A DNA stretch of 64,000 bases, from positions 77,203 to 141,202 of the forward strand of contig JAZQIM010000020.1 of the NCBI GenBank assembly GCA_045541115.1, in the 5' to 3' direction. This document shows positions 1-8,273 of the stretch, piece by piece; the stretch's first letter is position 1, and each line of letters starts with the position of its first letter. This DNA is from Candidatus Aphodoplasma sp. GTDB taxonomy: Bacteria > Bacillota > Clostridia > UBA1381 > UMGS1253. The notes under the pieces are model-generated. The model worked only from the letters and a program-made list of their open reading frames with translations, had not been told where the DNA came from and made no database searches. Made by a program: the position numbers and the translations under genes.

Positions 1-2
1 CC

Positions 3-206
3 AATTTAATAAAAATTCGAAGCACTTCAAATTCAAACGGAGATCCTTTTCTTATAGCTACAGCATTAGTTAATAATGGATGTATCGTAACCAACGAAAA
101 ACCAGGCGATGAAAAACAAAAGGATTATCATATTCCTAATGTTTGTGTTGGGATGAATATACCATATATGAACTTGAGGACATTTCTTGATACAATACTT
201 GACTAA
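3..206 (+). CDS. C-terminal fragment of a DUF4411-like (PIN-like fold) protein; 5' end outside the window
   Basis: Frame 3 is open from the window edge to TAA at 204-206. It translates ...GDPFLIATALVNNGCIVTNEKPGDEKQKDYHIPNVCVGMNIPYMNLRTFLDTILD. The DPF-IA...VT.E...IP.VC pattern is what I recall for DUF4411 C-termini. A terminator follows. It is absent from the ORF track because there is no in-window start. Confidence 0.45.
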   Translation, partial: NLIKIRSTSNSNGDPFLIATALVNNGCIVTNEKPGDEKQKDYHIPNVCVGMNIPYMNLRTFLDTILD

Positions 207-213
207 CTTACAA

Positions 214-240
214 AGCAGCAGATTTCGGTCTGCTGCTTTT
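214..240 (+). terminator. Intrinsic terminator after the DUF4411-like fragment
   Basis: 9-bp stem AGCAGCAGA (214-222) / TCTGCTGCT (229-237), loop TTTCGG, followed by TTTT. Confidence 0.6.
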
Positions 241-366
241 GCTATGCTAATTCGTAGAAAATATTGCATACTTTTTTCTACGGAACTTTTTGAACACTGA
301 TTTTAACTGTTGTATGCATAAAGTTGCCTCAAGCAAATTTGCATTGTGGCAATTTTATATAAATTA

Positions 367-909
367 TCACGCAAACTCATTATAGAGCTGTTTTAGCTCT
401 GGAACTGTGCGAAGAAATTTACGAGCTTTTGAAACTGTGGCAGTTACGAGATTAGGTGACTGCCCGGTATGGGCTGCGATTTCCTTTGCACTGTATCCTT
501 CATTCATAAGCAGGAGAGCATCAATTCCTCTTGCTGTCGATTTGTTAACTAAAGCCTTTGACTTATTTATCACGCTGTATAAGGCAGAATTTACGTCTGT
601 ATTTTCGATTTCGGTAGTATTGCAAGAAAGAATATGACTGCCGGTTAAATCGGTTGTAGTGGCTCTTTTAGTGGCGTATGCGAGGGCATCGCATATTTCG
701 TTCCAAATGAGTCTGTAGGCGAAGGTGGAAAAGCAGCCGCCCTTATCCTTCATTGCAGCCTTGCTCAGACCGATACACCCAATCTGAAACAAGTCATCGT
801 ATGTATAGAAATACATTGTATCCAGTCCGTGAACCTTGTCCTTAATTACTTTCCCCACCAGACCGAGATTGTCCTCAACAAGCTTCTGTTGTTCTTTTGT
901 AAGTGTCAT
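367..909 (-). CDS. Sigma-70 family RNA polymerase sigma factor (small, element-associated type)
   Basis: 180 aa. Region-2-like segment YDDLFQIGCIGLSKAAMK...FSTFAYRLIWNEICDAL. Region-4 HTH GYSAKEIAAHTGQSPNLVTATVSKARKFLR. The start overlaps the stop of the upstream Zn-ribbon gene by 4 nt (ATGA). Confidence 0.8.
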   Translation of the reverse strand: MTLTKEQQKLVEDNLGLVGKVIKDKVHGLDTMYFYTYDDLFQIGCIGLSKAAMKDKGGCFSTFAYRLIWNEICDALAYATKRATTTDLTGSHILSCNTTEIENTDVNSALYSVINKSKALVNKSTARGIDALLLMNEGYSAKEIAAHTGQSPNLVTATVSKARKFLRTVPELKQLYNEFA

Positions 910-1325
910 GACGCTTTTGCACCTCCCATCAACTTATTTATAATTTTCTGACTTTCATCAATAACCAATCTGCAATAGTAGTCTCCAAGAAAGCTTATAT
1001 GTGCCTGCGACAGAGGGACATTTAGCAAATTTGCAAGCCATAAATACAAATCCTTCTTGCACATAATTCCATTCTTGCATATTATATCAAAATTTTTGTG
1101 AGCAACAATACGAAGCTTGCGTAAAGTGTTATTTGCCATTGTACCTGCCGGTATGCTTGTGCCTGCGTGAGTACGCACATAAGCATCACACTGGGGATAA
1201 TTTGAGCAAACATAAAGCATTGCAGCTTTGCTGTTGTCTTTATAAATTCCATCTGCGGATTTAAGCTGCACCTTTCCGCCACAATAGGGACATCTTACCG
1301 GAATATTTTTCTTTTTCACAATCAA
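906..1325 (-). CDS. Zinc-ribbon protein (CPYCGG...CSNYPQCDAYV), DUF3268-like by recollection
   Basis: The track ORF is 906-1373. AGGAGGTG at 1330-1337 (minus strand) favours a TTG start at 1325 or a GTG at 1319. Four-Cys ribbon CPYCGGKV...YVCSNYPQCDAYV. Translationally coupled to the sigma gene. Confidence 0.6.
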   Translation of the reverse strand: MIVKKKNIPVRCPYCGGKVQLKSADGIYKDNSKAAMLYVCSNYPQCDAYVRTHAGTSIPAGTMANNTLRKLRIVAHKNFDIICKNGIMCKKDLYLWLANLLNVPLSQAHISFLGDYYCRLVIDESQKIINKLMGGAKAS

Positions 1326-1379
1326 TGACACCTCCTGATAAAACAAAAAGCCGAAAGTCTGCAAAAAAGACAATACAGA

Positions 1380-1576
1380 ACCAAGTGCTGAGAATAGTGG
1401 TGTCTCATCTCAGCGATTGACTCTGTAAAGTATTAAGCAGCCCTCCGGCTCTATATTCAATTCAGCCTGCATCATTGTGGACGCTCAGTGCGCAATCCGT
1501 AACGGTTCCTTATCGGGCGATAAGTCTGACACTGCATAACCAATGTACCGAAAGCCTGGATGCAGACTCTTGGTAT
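1380..1576 (-). ncRNA. Candidate structured 5' leader of the Zn-ribbon/sigma operon (possibly the DUF3268 RNA motif)
   Basis: On the minus strand, ACCAAG (about 1574-1569) pairs with CTTGGT (about 1385-1380) and closes a roughly 195-nt domain. Internal hairpins: CTGCAT/ATGCAG, CTTATC-GCCC-GATAAG, and GCTGAGA/TCTCAGC (7 bp). No credible ORF. Sits directly downstream of a consensus promoter. Confidence 0.4.
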
Positions 1577-1582
1577 GGTTAT

Positions 1583-1611
1583 ATTATAGCATATTTATTA
1601 CTCAATGTCAA
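1583..1611 (-). promoter_or_regulatory. Consensus sigma-A-type promoter for the Zn-ribbon/sigma operon
   Basis: On the minus strand: TTGACA (1611-1606), a 17-nt spacer, then TATAAT (1588-1583). Confidence 0.6.
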
Positions 1612-1708
1612 GCATAAAAGAAATATTTTTATTTATAACTCTATAAATATTCCCATTAGGTTATATATCGTAAACACTCCCCGGATCAGAATGAGTATGA
1701 CAGATTTA

Positions 1709-2722
1709 CTATCCGCAATCAAAAAGCAATCCGCCGTATAAGCTATAATTAGTTAAATCTACAGTAGGTCTATTATTATATATACTACTGCAGTCATATA
1801 TACAATACTTACAATTCTTACAAGGAGAAATATACGCGCGTATTATAGGGGCAAAAAGTGCAACACGGTTTTCGGGAGCATTATTTACCGCAACCTTTTT
1901 GCTATACCAGGCTATAATTTTGTTAATATGAGCATGTTCATCGGTATTTTTGTGAGTATTTGCACCTAAAATGCGTATTTCGTCAAAAATGCGTTTAACA
2001 TCTGCTTCGGTTGGCTGTTCGATTTCCTTGCAAATTGGATAGATGGAATTAAATATAAGACAACCATAAGAACTCGGCATTTTATATAAACAAAATGTAT
2101 CAGAATACTTTTTGAAAAATCTCCACACCTTAGTTTTCTCCCAGCCCCATCTCTTACCCAAGGTTTCCAATGTGAGCAAAGCACTATTTTTACCATACTG
2201 AATTACGGGAGCCAAGTTGGAGAAGGCATTATTTTGATCTTCAAACACAGTATGACACCACAAATCAAGCCACGCATCTGCATCCTCAAACTTATATCCG
2301 GATTCTGCAAGTCGCTCGGTAATATTACGAGGAAGGCATAAAAATCCGTAACCCTGAGAGGTATAAACATTTCCGTCCATACATTCCTTGCCGGAGCATT
2401 TAACAACCCAGTCATTGATTTTATATGTTAACTTCTTGGTTTCTTCATCGAGTGTATAGCTGATATATCCAAGCTCTGAAAGTTTGTTGAGAATAGAAAA
2501 AGCATCCTCACGCTTTTTTACGCCGAGAATGCTTTTAACGCCTACAATACCGCCAGACCATTCGCCTGCATTAACCTCATTGGTATATCCGCAATATTCT
2601 GCCTGCCCCTTACGAAATGCCGCACGAGAGGCAAGACGGGTATATGCACCCATTATTCCCTTGCCTTGTGGAAGATGGCAGCGCATAAGCTTAACCCATT
2701 CATATTTCATTAAACACTTCAT
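1709..2722 (-). CDS. Hypothetical protein with two winged-helix-like segments and a Cys-rich C-terminus
   Basis: 337-aa ORF. Segments ...REDAFSILNKLSELGYISYTLDE... and ...LTLETLGKRWGWEKTKVWRFFKKY... look like wHTH recognition regions. The C-terminus reads SPCKNCKYCIYDCSS. I recognise no family. Confidence 0.55.
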   Translation of the reverse strand: MKCLMKYEWVKLMRCHLPQGKGIMGAYTRLASRAAFRKGQAEYCGYTNEVNAGEWSGGIVGVKSILGVKKREDAFSILNKLSELGYISYTLDEETKKLTYKINDWVVKCSGKECMDGNVYTSQGYGFLCLPRNITERLAESGYKFEDADAWLDLWCHTVFEDQNNAFSNLAPVIQYGKNSALLTLETLGKRWGWEKTKVWRFFKKYSDTFCLYKMPSSYGCLIFNSIYPICKEIEQPTEADVKRIFDEIRILGANTHKNTDEHAHINKIIAWYSKKVAVNNAPENRVALFAPIIRAYISPCKNCKYCIYDCSSIYNNRPTVDLTNYSLYGGLLFDCG

Positions 2723-2900
2723 AAGGGACCTCCTTTCTCAAATTCGGTATGTCATGTTATGGTCGGATTTCGTATAAATATACAATAATTTATATGTCTG
2801 TATTTCTGCACACAAAACAAAAGAGCTACACCCAGATAATGAGTGTAACCCTTAAAATTTTACATAAGATTAATTGCTTTTTTCGTACCTCTGCACAAAT

Positions 2901-2930
2901 TGGCGTAGTAATGGCGTAGTGGCGTAGTAA
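2901..2930. repeat. Three tandem copies of GGCGTAGT(AA)
   Basis: TGGCGTAGTAA (2901-2911), TGGCGTAGT (2912-2920), GGCGTAGTAA (2921-2930). They lie in the spacer between the orphan gene's promoter region and the lysS stop. Confidence 0.8.
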
Positions 2931-2982
2931 ATTTACTTTTCAAAAAGCCACAAACCCAGTGTTTAAGCCACTTGTGAGATTC

Positions 2983-4464
2983 TTATTTATCCAGCGGCTT
3001 CATTGTCGGGAACAAAAGTACATCGCGGATTGAATAACTGTCGGTCAAAAGCATAACGAGTCTGTCAATGCCTATACCGAGACCGCCTGTAGGAGGCATA
3101 CCGTATTCAAGCGCTGTAAGGAAGTCCTCGTCCATCATGTTTGCTTCGTCATCGCCCGCGTTTCTTAATTCAACCTGGCGCATAAAGCGTTCACGTTGGT
3201 CAATCGGGTCGTTAAGCTCGCTAAATGCGTTACCAAATTCGCGACCTGTGATAAATACTTCGAAACGTTCTGTAAGCTCGGGCTGAGTCGGTTTTCTCTT
3301 GGCAAGCGGCGAGATTTCCACGGGATAATCTGTAATAAATGTAGGCTGTACGAGGTTGTCCTCAACAAATTCATCAAAGAATAGAGCGATTATGTCACCG
3401 CGCGATGATTTAACCTTGTCAACCTCGAGTCCTTTTTGCTTTGCGATTTCCTGCGCCTGCTCGTCAGTTGTAATTTCATCGAAGTCAACGCCGGCATACT
3501 TTTTAATTGATTCAATCATAGTCATTCTGCTGAAATTCGAAAGGTCGATTTCAGTGCCTTGGTATGTTATATTAAGCGTGCCGCACGCAGCCATTGCACT
3601 ATGCTGAATAATTTTTTCCGTCAAGTCCATCATGTCGTTATAATCGGCATATGCTTCGTAAATTTCGATTGATGTAAATTCCGGGTTATGCTTTATATCC
3701 ATACCTTCGTTACGGAATTGTCTGCCCATTTCGTAAACCTTTTCCATACCGCCGACAATAAGACGCTTTAAGTGAAGCTCTGTTGCGATACGAAGATACA
3801 TATCCATGTCAAGAGTGTTATGGTGAGTTATAAATGGCCTTGCTGAGGCGCCACCTGCAATCGTGTTAAGGATAGGTGTTTCAACTTCGAGATAACCCTT
3901 TGAATCGAGATAGTTTCTTATAGCAGTCAAGATCTTTGAACGCATAACGAAGGTCTTTTTTACTTCAGGGTTCATAATAAGGTCAACATAGCGCTGACGA
4001 TAACGAAGGTCTGTATCGGTAAGACCATGGAATTTTTCCGGAAGCGGCAAAAGTGACTTTGATAAAAGAGTTATTTCCTTTACTTTAACAGAAACTTCGC
4101 CTGTCTTAGTTTTAAAGACTTCGCCTTCTGCACCTACTATATCACCTATATCGTATTTTTTAACAGTAGCATATTGCTCTTCGCCAAGCATATCACTTTT
4201 GATGAAAAGCTGAATTTTGCCGTCGCGGTCGGAAAGGTCGCAAAATAAAACCTTGCCCATGCCACGCTTTGACATAAGACGTCCTGCTACTCTGACATTT
4301 TGTCCTTCAAAGGCGTCAAAGTTTTCAACTATTTTAGCGCTGCGGTGCGTACGATCATATTTTGTTATTGCAAACGGATCGGCACCGGCATTTTGCAGTT
4401 CAGTAAGTTTGTCGCGTCTTATTTGCAAAAGTTCAGATAATTGTTGTGTATCGTTTTCAGGCAT
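2983..4464 (-). CDS. lysS: Lysine--tRNA ligase, class II
   Basis: 493 aa. N-terminal OB anticodon-binding region, and class II motifs (...[18 protein letters not shown]..., ...[14 protein letters not shown]...). Confidence 0.97.
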   Translation of the reverse strand: MPENDTQQLSELLQIRRDKLTELQNAGADPFAITKYDRTHRSAKIVENFDAFEGQNVRVAGRLMSKRGMGKVLFCDLSDRDGKIQLFIKSDMLGEEQYATVKKYDIGDIVGAEGEVFKTKTGEVSVKVKEITLLSKSLLPLPEKFHGLTDTDLRYRQRYVDLIMNPEVKKTFVMRSKILTAIRNYLDSKGYLEVETPILNTIAGGASARPFITHHNTLDMDMYLRIATELHLKRLIVGGMEKVYEMGRQFRNEGMDIKHNPEFTSIEIYEAYADYNDMMDLTEKIIQHSAMAACGTLNITYQGTEIDLSNFSRMTMIESIKKYAGVDFDEITTDEQAQEIAKQKGLEVDKVKSSRGDIIALFFDEFVEDNLVQPTFITDYPVEISPLAKRKPTQPELTERFEVFITGREFGNAFSELNDPIDQRERFMRQVELRNAGDDEANMMDEDFLTALEYGMPPTGGLGIGIDRLVMLLTDSYSIRDVLLFPTMKPLDK

Positions 4465-4664
4465 ATTATAACCTCCTAATTTTATCCATAATAAATCTTA
4501 TTTACATATTATACACTAAAAAGTCAGCTATTACAACATTTTTTTAACAAAAACTCTTTTTGCAGACGTAAATAATTTTTTAGGCAAATTAAAAATGGTT
4601 GTAATTACAGATTTAATATGTTATAATTTTAGAATATTAAATAATTATAAAGAGGTATACATAT

Positions 4665-5312
4665 ATGAATTATTTTGGAAGAAAGATATCACTCGTTGTA
4701 ATAAGACGTCTGCCAAGATACTATCGATATCTTAGTGATCTTTTAAAGCAGGATATAAAGAGAATTTCTTCGAAGGAACTAAGTGAACGAATGGGCGTAA
4801 CAGCATCGCAAATACGTCAGGATTTAAACTGTTTTGGAGGCTTTGGACAGCAGGGTTATGGTTATAATGTCGAGGAACTCTATAAGGAAATAGGAAACAT
4901 TCTTGGTTTAGGTGAAGGACATAAAACAATTATTGCGGGCGCCGGAAATCTTGGACAGGCGCTTGCAAATCACGGCGGATTTGAAAAACGCGGATTTAAG
5001 CTTATTGCGATATTTGACTGCGACAAGGACAAAATCGGAACCCAAATAAACGGTGTAAATGTATATGATATTGCAGATATGAAGCAAGTTTTAGATAAAG
5101 AGCCCGCAACAATCGGCATACTTACAGTGCCACGTATCAAAACAGCTGAAGTTGCAGAGGCGATGATAGATTGCGGAATAAAAGGACTTCTTAATTTTTC
5201 GTATATGGATTTAAAGGTTCCTGATGACGTGGTTGTGGAGAATGTGCATCTTTCTGACAGCTTAATGACGCTGTCGTATCAGCTGCGAGACAGGAAATAC
5301 GGCAAAGAATAG
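4665..5312 (+). CDS. rex: Redox-sensing transcriptional repressor Rex
   Basis: 215 aa. Contains RLPRYYRYL, ISSKELSERMGVTASQIRQDLNCFG, and the Rossmann motif GAGNLGQAL. Confidence 0.93.
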   Translation: MNYFGRKISLVVIRRLPRYYRYLSDLLKQDIKRISSKELSERMGVTASQIRQDLNCFGGFGQQGYGYNVEELYKEIGNILGLGEGHKTIIAGAGNLGQALANHGGFEKRGFKLIAIFDCDKDKIGTQINGVNVYDIADMKQVLDKEPATIGILTVPRIKTAEVAEAMIDCGIKGLLNFSYMDLKVPDDVVVENVHLSDSLMTLSYQLRDRKYGKE

Positions 5313-5323
5313 GGGCGTATGTT

Positions 5324-6136
5324 ATGAAGGTATATGCTCTCGTTGGAGAAAGCGGTAGCGGTAAAAGTTATCGCGCGATGTGGGTTGCAAAGGAAAATGA
5401 TATTGAGTGCATAATCGATGACGGTCTGCTTATACGCGGAAATGAGTTATTGGCCGGATATTCGGCAAAGAAGGAAGCAACAAAAATCGGGTCTATCCGT
5501 CGTGCCCTTTTCTATAATGAAGAGCACGCAAAAGAAATACGTGATGCACTTGAGCAAAAGCAGCCGAAAAGCGTTATCATATTGGGCACATCGGACAAAA
5601 TGGTAAATGAAATTGCGCAAAAGCTTGATTTGGGAAGTATCGAGCAAACCATACGGATTGAAAGCATTGCCACGCCAAAGGAGATTGAAAGAGCGAAGCG
5701 CATACGAAAAACTCAGGGAAAGCACGTAATACCCGTGCCGACATTCGAAATAAAGAAGGATTTTTCGGGAGTGCTGTTAGACACGCTTCAGATTTTTAAT
5801 ATCGGAAGGCGCGGTAAAAGTGATTTTCGCACAACAAAATCTGTTGTGAGACCGACTTTTAGCTACCGCGGCGATTACCACATATCTGACCATGTCATTT
5901 TAACTATGTGTCAGATTGAGGCAAGACAAATCGATGGTGTTGGCAAGAATATGAGATGTCAGTTAGAGCAAAGAGCTGATGGGATAGACATTTCTATGGA
6001 TATAAGTGTAAAATACGGTTACGATGTACGCGTTGTCGCAGCCAAGGTGCGCGAAGCCATACCGAATGCGATTTATGAATACACGGCAATCAATGTATGC
6101 AAAACTAATGTAAATGTACGATGGGTTGAAAAATAA
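5324..6136 (+). CDS. P-loop NTPase domain fused to an Asp23/Gls24-like C-terminal domain
   Basis: 270 aa. Walker A GESGSGKS at residues 8-15. The C-terminal ~110 aa (YHISDHVILTMCQIEARQIDGV...ISVKYGYDVRVVAAKVREAI...) resembles the alkaline-shock Asp23 family. Starts 12 nt after the rex stop. Confidence 0.65.
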   Translation: MKVYALVGESGSGKSYRAMWVAKENDIECIIDDGLLIRGNELLAGYSAKKEATKIGSIRRALFYNEEHAKEIRDALEQKQPKSVIILGTSDKMVNEIAQKLDLGSIEQTIRIESIATPKEIERAKRIRKTQGKHVIPVPTFEIKKDFSGVLLDTLQIFNIGRRGKSDFRTTKSVVRPTFSYRGDYHISDHVILTMCQIEARQIDGVGKNMRCQLEQRADGIDISMDISVKYGYDVRVVAAKVREAIPNAIYEYTAINVCKTNVNVRWVEK

Positions 6137-6163
6137 AAAGCCGCTTACAAGCGGCTTTTTTTA
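6136..6163. terminator. Bidirectional intrinsic terminator
   Basis: AGCCGC (6139-6144) / GCGGCT (6151-6156), flanked by an A-run and a T-run. Sits between convergent genes. Confidence 0.7.
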
Positions 6164-7633
6164 TATATTATTAACAATATTAAAGAACTCATCTTTCTTT
6201 GCAAGTATTTCATCGAATCTTTGTATATACTCAATCGGCGCCTTAAAGTTAAATACTCGCTCGATTCGTTCGCCGTCTGCAGAAACAGCCTTTGACGAAG
6301 CACCGCCGCCAAGAGCCAGAATGCTTTGAACTTCTTCCATAATATTTACATTGTATAAGCTTTCGTGGCCTTTTATGCTGTAACCGACATTTTCGAGGTT
6401 GCCGAGCATATTTTTTTGTCTGTACATATAATATGGCAGGCGATTTGTTTCGTGCATAAAATCGTAGGATATATCGAGCATATTATATACTGTTGTAGGG
6501 TCTGTCAAATCGTAGTTTGAAAGACGCTGATGAAGTGCACTGCCACGCTTTACCGACATCGTATGCACCGTTATGTTTTCCGGCGCAAAGCGGTTAATTG
6601 CATTTAGCGTGTATAAAAAATCGTCTTCGCTTTCGCCCGGAAGACCTGCGATAAGGTCGGCATTTATCGTGTCAAAGCCGACGCAGCGCGCAATAGAAAA
6701 TGCGTTTTCAATGTCTGAAACACTGTGCGCGCGGCCGATGAGATTGAGTGTGCGCTCATGCATCGTCTGCGGATTGATGCTTATGCGTGTTACGCCATAG
6801 CTTTTAAGCACATCAAGTTTTTCTCTTGTAATCGTATCGGGGCGTCCTGCTTCGACACAGTATTCGTAAAGAGATGATGTATCGAAGTTTTTTTCGATGG
6901 CACAAAGGAGTATGTCGAGCTCTTTTGCCGAAAGAGAAGTTGGCGTGCCGCCTCCGATGTATATGCTCGTTATACGCTTTTTTGATGATAATGTAAGCGC
7001 GCGTGCATATTCTATTTCGCGGATAAGGCATTTTAAATAGTCGCCTACATACTTTTTTGTGTGCTTAAGGTCAGTCGATACAAATGAGCAGTATAAGCAT
7101 CTTGTAGGACAAAATGGAATTCCGATATAAAGGCCTATGTCGTCTACAGAGTTCCTCTTCATAATAGCGAGCTCATTTTTTGCAACTTCTGTTGCAAGGG
7201 CTCTTTTTTTATCGCTCGGCCCATAAAGGCGCGTTATGTAATCGCTTATATAGTCATCGCTAAATCCGTACGAAAGCATCTGTCTTATTGGCTTTGCAGG
7301 ACGAATTCCCGTCATAACGCCCCACGGCAAGCGTTTTGGGCGAAGCGTTTGTGCCGCTTTATAAATCGCCATACCGCATACGGCGGAAGTAACTTTGTTT
7401 ACTTCGTGTTTGTCGGCATCATCGCTACATTCAAATGAATGAGAAGCATCTGCACATTTGCCGTCATATTCAACGCTCGCGTGAGAATTTATACAGCCGT
7501 TTTCAAAAACGGCGCGCGAAGTTATATTTACATTTTCATCATCTGAAAAAAACAGTGATGCAACGAGCCAGACATTATGCTCTAAATCGTGTCCTATAGT
7601 TTTAATATTCATATTCCCAGTCCTGCTGTACAT
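6161..7633 (-). CDS. hemZ: HemN/HemZ-family radical SAM protein (coproporphyrinogen dehydrogenase HemZ-like)
   Basis: 490 aa. Radical SAM motif CPTRCLYCSF and a HemN-like C-terminal domain. An alternative start, M8 at 7612, would reduce the overlap with the upstream MBL gene. Confidence 0.8.
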   Translation of the reverse strand: MYSRTGNMNIKTIGHDLEHNVWLVASLFFSDDENVNITSRAVFENGCINSHASVEYDGKCADASHSFECSDDADKHEVNKVTSAVCGMAIYKAAQTLRPKRLPWGVMTGIRPAKPIRQMLSYGFSDDYISDYITRLYGPSDKKRALATEVAKNELAIMKRNSVDDIGLYIGIPFCPTRCLYCSFVSTDLKHTKKYVGDYLKCLIREIEYARALTLSSKKRITSIYIGGGTPTSLSAKELDILLCAIEKNFDTSSLYEYCVEAGRPDTITREKLDVLKSYGVTRISINPQTMHERTLNLIGRAHSVSDIENAFSIARCVGFDTINADLIAGLPGESEDDFLYTLNAINRFAPENITVHTMSVKRGSALHQRLSNYDLTDPTTVYNMLDISYDFMHETNRLPYYMYRQKNMLGNLENVGYSIKGHESLYNVNIMEEVQSILALGGGASSKAVSADGERIERVFNFKAPIEYIQRFDEILAKKDEFFNIVNNI

Positions 7634-8243
7634 AGTTATTGTGGGATTTTTCGTATCCTATTGTTGTCGCTCTTCCATGACCGGGATACACTTGTGTATC
7701 GTCGGGGAGGGTATAGAGCTGTTTTTTAATAGATTGCTTTATAATTTTGTAGTCGCCGCCGGGCAAATCGCATCTGCCGACATCTTTTAAAAATAGTGTA
7801 TCGCCCGAGAAAAGAATGCCGTCAGTGTAGTAGCAAACGCTTCCGACAGTATGTCCCGGCGTATATAATACTTTTATATCGATATCGCCGACAGTGATAA
7901 CATCGCCGTCAACGAGAGTTTTTGAAACTTTAACAGAAGGCGACGGCGCATCAGCATATAAAGAGAGATTTACCGTCGGGTCATTGACAGCATCTTCCTC
8001 GAAGCTGTGAATCATAACCTCGGCGCCGGTGTAATCGCATATTTCGTCGAGCGCACCGATGTGGTCATAATGCGAGTGAGTTAAAAGGACATATTTAAGA
8101 GTAAGTCCTTCTTCTTCTAAAACATCTAAAACGGCGCCTGCCTCTGCAGGTGCATCGATGATAAGGGCGTGCTTTGAGCTCTGGTCGCCCAATATATAGC
8201 AGTTATTGTCCATGTTTCCAAGTGAGAGCATTTTAAAAAACAT
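7602..8243 (-). CDS. MBL-fold metallo-hydrolase (glyoxalase II-like)
   Basis: 213 aa. HSHYDH metal-binding motif. SD AAAGGAG lies 7 nt upstream of the ATG. Confidence 0.85.
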   Translation of the reverse strand: MFFKMLSLGNMDNNCYILGDQSSKHALIIDAPAEAGAVLDVLEEEGLTLKYVLLTHSHYDHIGALDEICDYTGAEVMIHSFEEDAVNDPTVNLSLYADAPSPSVKVSKTLVDGDVITVGDIDIKVLYTPGHTVGSVCYYTDGILFSGDTLFLKDVGRCDLPGGDYKIIKQSIKKQLYTLPDDTQVYPGHGRATTIGYEKSHNNYVQQDWEYEY

Positions 8244-8273
8244 ATTAAAGCTCCTTTCGATGTGAATTTATTA

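Larger units (their letters stand above)
1..2930. mobile_element. Putative right-hand end of an integrated element or prophage remnant abutting the 3' end of lysS (left boundary outside the window)
   Basis: Visibly more A+T-rich than the core. Contents are typical of mobile DNA: a DUF4411-like fragment, a small sigma factor, a Zn-ribbon protein and an orphan wHTH-like protein. Tandem GGCGTAGT repeats lie at the junction. No integrase or att repeat is visible in the window. Confidence 0.35.

Noticed and set aside
66-269. 67-aa minus-strand ORF at the window start.
   Set aside because: It overlaps the better-supported plus-strand DUF4411-like frame and its terminator. It has no SD and an implausible composition.
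1475-1741. 88-aa plus-strand ORF in the gap between the orphan gene and the Zn-ribbon gene.
   Set aside because: It runs antisense to the promoter and leader region, has no SD and has a low-complexity A+T-driven C-terminus. It is more likely non-coding.
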